64,000 nucleotides of DNA from Verrucomicrobiota bacterium. Its GTDB lineage: Bacteria > Verrucomicrobiota > Verrucomicrobiia > Opitutales > Cerasicoccaceae. The notes beneath the pieces are model-generated. The model searched no databases. It saw only the letters and a program-made list of their open reading frames with translations, and had not been told where the DNA came from. Positions 57,621 through 64,000 of this stretch are shown in pieces. The stretch spans positions 37,613 through 101,612 of the forward strand of contig JBCBUK010000016.1 in NCBI GenBank assembly GCA_039818205.1, in the 5' to 3' direction. The first letter of the stretch is position 1; each line of letters begins with the position of its first letter. Made by a program: the position numbers and the translations under genes.

Positions 57621-58954
57621 TCCTTTAGCCGTTTGTCTTGAATTTTAAGCCAGGCTTCGTGCTTCCGAGTAAAGAGCGCTTGCTGACGTTTCTGCACCTC
57701 TTGAGCAGCCTCTAATGCCTGCATTTTATTTCGCATAACGTTATCAATGGCGTTCACCATATCGTTGCTGAAATCATTATAGGTAACCATCTGCGGACGA
57801 ATCTGCGCTAGCGGATGCTCAGCAAGTTCGCGGTAAACATGAATGTGCGGATTTGGGTGGCGCTCGTAAAAGTCCTCACTGACCTCCTTTAGTGGGCTGA
57901 ACTTGAGCTGAGCCAGGCAAAGCGCCTCCATCTGCTCGGGCTGTTGAAGCCAGGATATGAACTTAAATGCCTCCTCCGGATGAGCAGCGCCCCGGGGAAT
58001 CACGAGGCAGTCGGTCTCGACCAGACTTGCCCCGTAGTCTTCCTCATCAATCGTAGGAAAAGGCGCCACGCCGTATTCAAAGTCTTTAGGGGCAAAGTTA
58101 TTGATAAAATTGTACATCCACGGGCCTTGCAGAACCATCGCAACCCGACCGCGAAAGAATGGATTCTCCGGCGAGGCAAAGACACCAGAAAGCTGACGAA
58201 AACCCATGAGCGATTCGGCTCCATAGCGCTCCGGATAACTCTCAATCCATTTCAATGCGGCAACGTTCGCATCACTTGTCGCAGTCACTCGACTATCCCC
58301 ATTCCAAATGGTGCCACCAAACCAGATGCTCCAGCTCGCACTCCACCAACCAGGTTCAACTGGCAAGTGGCCCATGGCTTGAATCTGCCCATTGTCGCCA
58401 AACTGTGTCAACTGATCGTTGTACTGCTCCAATTCCGCAATCGTCCTCGGCGGTCGGTCCGGGTCCAATCCCGCCTGTCGGAACATCTGCTTGTTCCAAT
58501 GCAGAGCATTCGTTCCGGGTGTAGCCGGGAGAGCCCAAACGCGATCATAGACCACCAGTTGACGCCAAACCGACGGCAGGTAGCCCTGCTCGCCCAACGA
58601 TGACTCCGACAATTGCACGTCCAGTGGAGTTAACGCACCGTTCGATGCGAACACCGGCAAATTTGAAGACCAGATACCAGCCACATCGGGCGGATTTCCA
58701 CCTGCTGTCGCGAGCATGAGTTTGCGGTCAATATTGCTGACGGACAAAAACTTTACATATACCTGATCCTGAGACCGATTATATTCGGCTACTAGGTCCT
58801 CCATGGCTTCACGCTCAAAGCCTGTCCACTTCTCCCAATACTCAACCTCGATTCGACCGTCCTCGCGCACCTTATCATCTTCGTCCCCAATCGTGAGGAG
58901 GAACAGAACGCCAATCGCGATGATGGATACAGATACCGTGCTGAGGGGAGACAT
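57605..58954 (-). CDS. Sugar ABC transporter substrate-binding protein
   Basis: N-terminal anchor; GGNPPDV, WNKQMFRQAGLDP.PP.T..EL and F.GRVAM..QGPW motifs. Confidence 0.9.
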   Translation of the reverse strand: MSPLSTVSVSIIAIGVLFLLTIGDEDDKVREDGRIEVEYWEKWTGFEREAMEDLVAEYNRSQDQVYVKFLSVSNIDRKLMLATAGGNPPDVAGIWSSNLPVFASNGALTPLDVQLSESSLGEQGYLPSVWRQLVVYDRVWALPATPGTNALHWNKQMFRQAGLDPDRPPRTIAELEQYNDQLTQFGDNGQIQAMGHLPVEPGWWSASWSIWFGGTIWNGDSRVTATSDANVAALKWIESYPERYGAESLMGFRQLSGVFASPENPFFRGRVAMVLQGPWMYNFINNFAPKDFEYGVAPFPTIDEEDYGASLVETDCLVIPRGAAHPEEAFKFISWLQQPEQMEALCLAQLKFSPLKEVSEDFYERHPNPHIHVYRELAEHPLAQIRPQMVTYNDFSNDMVNAIDNVMRNKMQALEAAQEVQKRQQALFTRKHEAWLKIQDKRLKEWDQE

Positions 58955-59407
58955 TGACTAGTCGGGCAAAGGAGTCACAAGGGTTTCAATACACCAATCC
59001 TCCCAAATTCATTCTCGATTACGAACAGTCCCCCGTTGATCAGTTAAATAGGCCGACTTCATTCGTCAAATATCCTAGCGAGGATGCAAAGTGCCCGGTC
59101 TACCCAATCCCAACCGCACAATTTCACCGTCCTCCTCCATAAGGTTCAACTCCCAGGCGCACGCCGCAATAATGCATATTTTATACGCCCTCCAACCTAG
59201 TTGTTTCTGAGCAACTCGGTTACCATAAATGACCTCCAAAGATATCCCTATTCCCCGTCTGTAAGTTCCGAACGATCTTTTTACGAACCCAATCCCCTTG
59301 GTTTGTTTACGATCCAATTCGGTCATCACAATTCACCCCATATCAGATTCAACACGGTCAGTACCCGTTGAATAAGATCCTCGTACACACCCATAACTAC
59401 GTACCCC

Positions 59408-60310
59408 ATGAAAATAGGCATCAATCGACTAACGATATGTATTGCTGCATTCTCGCTTGCAGCCTCCCTCCAAGCTCAACGAGAAGGTCCCCTTCCACCC
59501 TCAAGTGTGAGCAATCTATACAACGGCTACAACGCCCAGCTATCCGACAACTTCAATGGCAGTGACGTCAACTGGTCCAAATGGACTCGACGGCAAACTA
59601 ACATCTCGTCAAAAGGCTCCCTGCAAGACTGGCGCCTCAGCAATGTCAATGGTGGCTGGGCGCGTTTAAATGGAAAGAAAATCAACGGTAACTGGGTCGG
59701 CAACGGCCTTTGCGCTAAGCCAAACCAAGTCTACAACACCGGATTTATCGTGTCTCGGTGGAAGTTTTCCGGGCAACCAAGCCACAACAGAACCATCTTC
59801 CATCCATCCATCTGGTCTGCCAATTGGAATAACGGCTACGACAGTGGAGTAATTCCGACGGGTCCTAGCTGGCTAGAGATTGACATGATGGAATATGAGT
59901 CCTGGCCGCACTACGCTCCCGCAAGCCACCTTGTTCCTCGAGTTAACGGATCAATCCCATCGGGTAGTGCGAGACCCAAAATGTATCAGCCGACTTCCAA
60001 CACCTGGTATACGGGTGTCCCTGCCAACTGGTCCGACCAGATCTGGGGACTAGAATACCACGTTAACTATATTCAAACTTGGAAATACGTTAATGGCACG
60101 TGGAACACGCACGGCCAAAAGGTTTGGACAAGCTGGCAGGTCAATTGGGATAACAATCGATATTCTCACGCAGCCAGGAAGAAGATGTATTGGATTCTTT
60201 CCAATATCACTCCGGATTGGCAACGTGCGTCATCCAACAACGTGAAAGGCGATACGTTCTTCGCGGTCAACTATTTCGAGTATTATCCTGCAAAGTCTTT
60301 GCTACCCTAA
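59408..60310 (+). CDS. Secreted GH16-like glycoside hydrolase (single domain, divergent)
   Basis: Signal peptide; LSDNFNG, HPSIWS, EIDMME (ExDxxE) and VNYFEYY motifs. Confidence 0.7.
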   Translation: MKIGINRLTICIAAFSLAASLQAQREGPLPPSSVSNLYNGYNAQLSDNFNGSDVNWSKWTRRQTNISSKGSLQDWRLSNVNGGWARLNGKKINGNWVGNGLCAKPNQVYNTGFIVSRWKFSGQPSHNRTIFHPSIWSANWNNGYDSGVIPTGPSWLEIDMMEYESWPHYAPASHLVPRVNGSIPSGSARPKMYQPTSNTWYTGVPANWSDQIWGLEYHVNYIQTWKYVNGTWNTHGQKVWTSWQVNWDNNRYSHAARKKMYWILSNITPDWQRASSNNVKGDTFFAVNYFEYYPAKSLLP

Positions 60311-60350
60311 ACGTATCTATACACTTCGTGTGCTAGCTTAACGGTTAATC

Positions 60351-60383
60351 AATACGGTTCCGGGCATAGCCCGGAACCGTATT
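60351..60383 (+). terminator. Probable terminator/stem-loop after the GH16-like gene
   Basis: Perfect 15-bp stem AATACGGTTCCGGGC/GCCCGGAACCGTATT with a 3-nt loop and a short U tract. Confidence 0.65.
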
Positions 60384-60429
60384 TGCCCATTCATTGATCC
60401 AATAAAAAACAACCCCAGTCCCTTCATCC

Positions 60430-61839
60430 ATGGTCAGCTCGAAATTGATCCTTTGCCTCCTCTCTGCTTGCTCTATTTCCTTTGTCGCCGGATACCTCTT
60501 TAAACCATCTTCTCCACCCACTGCAAAGACTTCTACATCGCAAATTGCCCACCCTATCGTTCAATCCCCAACGGTAGAGAACGAATCATTTCTAAACGAC
60601 TTTGAAGACCAATTGCCCGCCTCCTTCATCGAACTTGCCGAGGAGTTTCCGGAACTGGTCTTGAGTCAGCTCCAATACAACCAGCTGCTTCAAGGTATGA
60701 CGATAGAACTGCTGAAGACCGATCCGGCCGCGGCCGCGGACCTTCTAGATCGTTTCACCGACGAGAACACATTGCTGGGAACCCAAGAGTTAGTAATCTC
60801 GATTTGGTCGGAAGAAGACCCGGAACAGGCAATCAAATGGCTGGAAGAAAGGAAAGCACTTTACGGTGAAGAAAGATACCAAGGCTACTATAGCTATGCC
60901 CTAAACTCACTCGCGATGGTCGAACCAGACAGGGCCGTGCAATACTTTGAGGCGCTGGAACCGGGCGATCCTGCGAGGCTCGCAATTATGCAAGGCGTTA
61001 GTCAAGGCTGGGGCCAAAGCGATCCTGTAACTGGATTCCAGTGGCTTGAACAGATCGAGAGCCAACCGGATATCGAACCCTACATGGTCACCCAGGTGTA
61101 TTCAGATCTGATGATGGGCTATATGCACCTGCATCGCGAGGAGGCAGCCGCAACCATCGCCGAACTGGAGTCTACCCAACTCAAAGCTGAACTCATAAAG
61201 CCGCTCGTTCTAAAGTATGCCGACAGCGGGTTTGGTGATGCCGCCACGTTCATTCAGAACCTAGAGGACCCCGACATCCAACGAGTCGCCGCTGCCCACT
61301 TTGTCGAGATCAACGCTGCTCGATACCCAAGCGAAATGATCGATTTTGCGATCAACAACATGGATCTCGACACTGGAAAACAAGACTTTCTCAAACAAGC
61401 ATTCCTGTCCTTATCCTACACAGACTTTGACCAAGCAATCCAACAGTATGATCGACTCGAAGGCCAATCCAAAGATGCAGCCATGGAAGCGATTGCACTA
61501 TCAATGTCGCATATGAAAGGACCAGATGGAGCTGCCCACTGGGTTGCCAGCCTCAACGATCAACAAGATCGCGATACCGGATTCGCTGCCCTCGCAATGA
61601 ACGCAAGCTATGACACAACCAAGATGTTCAATTCGCTGTCTCAGATCCAAGACTCAAAAAAGCAGACGGCTACTCTTAAAGCTATCGTTGCCCAGATCCA
61701 ACCACACAAACTTTTTGACATTCAGAGAATGCTTCAAAGTGGAAATCTCGCTGGCGTCGAATCGAATCAAGTTATCGAAGACATAAATACCCGAATAAGC
61801 GATGAATACGGAGACCTACTCCTACCATCGGGCGCCTAA
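60430..61839 (+). CDS. Membrane-anchored alpha-helical repeat protein of unknown function
   Basis: N-terminal TM and repeated WSEEDPEQAIKWL / WGQSDPVTGFQWL / GPDGAAHWV units. Confidence 0.65.
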   Translation: MVSSKLILCLLSACSISFVAGYLFKPSSPPTAKTSTSQIAHPIVQSPTVENESFLNDFEDQLPASFIELAEEFPELVLSQLQYNQLLQGMTIELLKTDPAAAADLLDRFTDENTLLGTQELVISIWSEEDPEQAIKWLEERKALYGEERYQGYYSYALNSLAMVEPDRAVQYFEALEPGDPARLAIMQGVSQGWGQSDPVTGFQWLEQIESQPDIEPYMVTQVYSDLMMGYMHLHREEAAATIAELESTQLKAELIKPLVLKYADSGFGDAATFIQNLEDPDIQRVAAAHFVEINAARYPSEMIDFAINNMDLDTGKQDFLKQAFLSLSYTDFDQAIQQYDRLEGQSKDAAMEAIALSMSHMKGPDGAAHWVASLNDQQDRDTGFAALAMNASYDTTKMFNSLSQIQDSKKQTATLKAIVAQIQPHKLFDIQRMLQSGNLAGVESNQVIEDINTRISDEYGDLLLPSGA

Positions 61840-62094
61840 AATTCGGTTCTGATTTTTCATAGCTGGAGTGTCGGTTTAGCGATTACTCGCGCTTGGCAAC
61901 TCCTCCCATGCCATCTTCTGGCTCTCCGTGCTCTCCCTGGGCCTTCTGCGACTGCGCGTGGGATGCAAACAAGGGTTCAGCGAAAATCAAAAATGTTAAT
62001 CCGAAAAGCCTGGTCCCTTCCCTCTCCTTTTTTTATTATCCTCACCTTCAGGTTCAAATTAAGAAGCGAAATTCGATCACGATCTCTATGGCTA

Positions 62095-62606
62095 TGCTTG
62101 AACCCCACCTTTCGGCCCAGATTATTTGACTGTATTTGGCCGGTTACTGTTTGGGTTGTTTAGTTGGTTTTGTTTGAGGTTCTGGCGTAATGAGGGCGTA
62201 GCCCGATCGGAGCCGGAACCTAGGTTACTGATTTGGCAAACTGTGCTGGTGTGAGCAAGCCCAGAGAGCGGTGCGGTCTTTGATTGTTGTAGAAGCTGAG
62301 CCATTCTTTGAAGATAAACCTGGCTTCAGATAGCGTGTAGATGAGCTCGCGGCTGAGGCATTCGGCACGGAAGCGTGAGTTAAAACTTTCGACATAGCCG
62401 TTCTGCCAAGGACAACCGGGGTCGATGTAGAGCGTATTGATCTCGTTGTCGGCAAGCCAGCGTTGGATCATCTTGGCAATGAACCCTGGCCCGTTGTCGC
62501 TGCGGATATAAGCGGGTGCGCCATGCTTGGCGATGGCTGACTTGAGAACAGCGAGCACATCGTCTGCTTTGATCTCACGAGCAGCATGAATGGCGTGGCA
62601 TTAACA
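62095..62606 (-). mobile_element. IS3-family insertion sequence remnant (3' part of the orfB transposase and right end only)
   Basis: Minus frame from about 62600 reads CHAIHAAREIKADDVLAVL...IRSDNGPGF...PGCPWQNGYVESFNSR...YNNQRPHRSLG, stop at 62220. The terminus-like TGCTTGAACCCCACC at 62095 fits the 5'-TG..CA-3' IS3 end. orfA and the 5' part of orfB are absent. Confidence 0.85.
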
Positions 62607-62772
62607 GATAAAAAACACCACCACCAATCAAGACTGAAATCTTCTTTCCTTCATACAAATACCAGATTTCGTATTCACCGGAACAATTTCCTCCGCAACA
62701 TGGACAATCGTCATCATACCTCAATATCGATTGCTGTCCATCATCAGCGTGCGTGGGTTTCCGATTTTTCAT
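62575..62772 (-). pseudogene. Integron cassette 3 ORF, truncated and fused to the IS3 remnant
   Basis: ATG lies 1 nt after the GTTGAAG core site. Its last ~9 codons read IS3 sequence out of frame, and no attC follows. Confidence 0.6.
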
Positions 62773-62773
62773 T

Positions 62774-62844
62774 CTTCAACGTAAAGCGTGATCGCGTAGT
62801 GGAGGCGGAGCCGTAACGGAGTTGATCACCGCGACTTGATCTGC
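62774..62844 (-). mobile_element. attC recombination site (cassette 2), degenerate R'' box
   Basis: Minus strand: GCAGATC-AAGTC-GCGGTGATC-N30-GATCACGC-TTTAC-GTTGAAG. 5-nt spacers; the L''/L' arms pair with one extrahelical G; 71 bp. Confidence 0.8.
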
Positions 62845-63131
62845 CCCCCAGCGCCCAGTCGTGTTCTGATTGATCGAGGTATGTCCATTCGGATGTTATG
62901 ATTCTTTTCCCAGTCTAGAATAGCTTTAAGTATCCTGTCCTCTTCGTCTTTCGTCAACTCAACCCCCTTTGGTTCATTCCATTACTTTAGGTCCTCGATC
63001 CAAACCAACGCGTCATATTCCGGATTTCCTGACATTTCGACAAAGACTTCGACAACTCGATCACCATCCTTGCAAACCAGAGTAGCTGTTCGACCCGATG
63101 ACTTCCATTCAACTGTTAGATGTTCTTTCAT
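62826..63131 (-). pseudogene. Integron cassette 2 ORF with an in-frame TAA at codon 50
   Basis: MKEHLTVEWKSSGRTATLVCKDGDRVVEVFVEMSGNPEYDALVWIEDLK*WNEPKGVELTKDEEDRILKAILDWEKNHNIRMDIPRSIRTRLGAGGQIKSR*. The TAA is at 62984-62982. Not in the ORF track. Confidence 0.7.
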
Positions 63132-63141
63132 TCATTCTTTT

Positions 63142-63202
63142 GCAGAACGTAGAGCTGTCACGACGCGGGCTTGCCCGCGTTGTGACCAGCGCCTTGTTCG
63201 GT
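63142..63202 (-). mobile_element. attC recombination site (cassette 1)
   Basis: Minus strand: ACCGAAC-AAGGC-GCTGGTCAC-AACGCGGGC-AA-GCCCGCGTC-GTGACAGC-TCTAC-GTTCTGC. 61 bp, with AAC/GTT cores, 5-nt spacers and an extrahelical G. Confidence 0.9.
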
Positions 63203-63610
63203 GGTAATTTCGATTAGCTTCGCTGTTTTGCCAGTGCGATCTACTGACTTCCGAACGAAGGCACCATCAATGTCTTTCAGTCCAACGACACAAAAAGTCG
63301 CATATTCACTTTTTGGATCAGTGAATCCAAATCTTATGAATGCTTCCGTAATCTCATCGAATCCAGAATAGCCTTCTGAAACGAGAATATCTTTCAGCTT
63401 TTCCTTCAACGCCTCGAGCGAGAGCCGAAGTGGTTCTATTTTTTCGAATTCCTTTGGGCAGGGCTCTTTTGCTAGGAAATCGATAATGTATCCATTCATT
63501 CCAATGTTCCTGCATGCCTTACTGAGATGCTGTGAGACATAGCAAAGACCGCTCACAGCGTGGTGTGCGGTGCTTTGTGCTACGCTGGTTAATCTCTTCT
63601 TCGAGGGCAT
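63158..63610 (-). CDS. Integron cassette 1, hypothetical protein (150 aa)
   Basis: ATG lies 10 nt after the GTTCGGT core site; the ORF runs into and stops inside attC. AT-rich compared with the rest of the window. Confidence 0.75.
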   Translation of the reverse strand: MPSKKRLTSVAQSTAHHAVSGLCYVSQHLSKACRNIGMNGYIIDFLAKEPCPKEFEKIEPLRLSLEALKEKLKDILVSEGYSGFDEITEAFIRFGFTDPKSEYATFCVVGLKDIDGAFVRKSVDRTGKTAKLIEITTEQGAGHNAGKPAS

Positions 63611-63620
63611 TTCTATTATT

Positions 63621-63664
63621 ACCGAACAGGTTAGTATACGCGCACGATGCGATTGTTACAGGTT
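63621..63664 (-). mobile_element. Putative attI site
   Basis: Minus strand ...AACCTGTaacaatcgcatcgtgcgcgtatactAACCTGTTCGGT. The core GTTCGGT is exactly complementary to cassette 1's ACCGAAC. AACCTGT direct repeats lie 32 bp apart, and no attC-like hairpin precedes the core. Confidence 0.65.
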
Positions 63665-63961
63665 TTTCGAATGGTTTGTGTTGGGCGCATGGAACTGACC
63701 ATAAATATTCCCTAACCGACTCGGCAACACTATTTTGTGATTGTCTGTTACAATATAAACTCATTTTTAGTCCTCGGACCATCAACCGGCCCAAAATTGC
63801 CAAAAACCTCGCAATACACAGGGATTGCGGGCGATTGAGCTGGCGCGTATATCAAAACCAACAAACACAACATCAGAGATTCATTCTCAAAAACCAAAAA
63901 GGTGTACATTTGAGTACATTTAAAATTGACATTCACTCACTTGCTTACCATCCCAGAGGAT

Positions 63962-64000
63962 ATGAGCTACTACGTATCATTTCCCGATTGGATTGATCAG
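63962..64000 (+). CDS. 5' end of a divergent gene, candidate integron integrase (runs off the window)
   Basis: ATG preceded by AGAGGA and a TTGACA at 63926; reads MSYYVSFPDWIDQ... Position and orientation relative to attI match intI, but no catalytic residues lie inside the window. Confidence 0.4.
   Translation, partial: MSYYVSFPDWIDQ

Noticed and set aside
60338..60348. TTAACGGTTAA as another copy of the alpha-glucan operator
   Set aside because: It is shorter, has a different centre, and lies just after a stop codon beside a terminator outside the locus.
61860..62094. Pyrimidine-rich stretch and short ORFs between the helical-repeat gene and the IS end, as an sRNA or a further attC
   Set aside because: I could not find R''/R' boxes, a convincing stem or a second copy in the window.
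62122..62304. 60-aa minus-strand ORF
   Set aside because: It lies wholly within the IS3 remnant's 3' end and is not an independent gene.
63142..63202. Hairpin as a simple rho-independent terminator
   Set aside because: It has no U tract. The AAC/GTT cores, 5-nt spacers, extrahelical base and core complementarity with 63621-63627 fit attC much better.
63532..63996. 154-aa + strand ORF next to the cassette array as the integron integrase
   Set aside because: It has no tyrosine-recombinase motifs and overlaps cassette 1, attI and promoter DNA. It is probably spurious, as are 63519-63803 and 63748-63936.

Overview
64 kb of a bacterial chromosome. PEP-CTERM proteins, an H-X9-DG-type prepilin-like protein, 'SxDLxxW...FxR' C-terminal domains and algal-glycan enzymes point to a marine Verrucomicrobiota (Opitutales-like) genome; this is inference. 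From left to right: (1) 1-6712, the distal half of an aryl-polyene/xanthomonadin-type lipid cluster; (2) 6753-14629, a GldA/F/G-like ABC exporter operon, a GH16-like gene and an AraC regulator; (3) 14910-18482, a spondin/PEP-CTERM gene and an ECF sigma/anti-sigma pair with two matching back-to-back ECF-type promoters, then YqjF and an internally deleted photolyase-like gene; (4) 18724-35530, a surface-protein block with a 2091-aa beta-helix protein, a GH86-like protein lacking its acid/base Glu, and a 2564-aa signal-peptide RHS protein with an inserted P-domain plus a single-YD/FN3 partner; (5) 35775-58954, a 23-kb alpha-glucan utilisation locus (GH13, GH31-5xCBM25, pullulanase, GH66, six-hairpin GH, ABC importer, LacI, pilin-like and PEP-CTERM genes) with a shared 13-bp operator-like motif; (6) 59408-61839, a second GH16-like gene and a helical-repeat protein; (7) 62095-64000, an IS3 remnant abutting an integron that the ORF track does not show. 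The integron has two attC sites, three cassettes (one intact, one with a nonsense codon, one truncated), an attI-like site, and the first 13 codons of a divergent candidate integrase at the window edge. No rRNA, tRNA or CRISPR array was seen. All family calls come from motif recognition by eye, not database searches.
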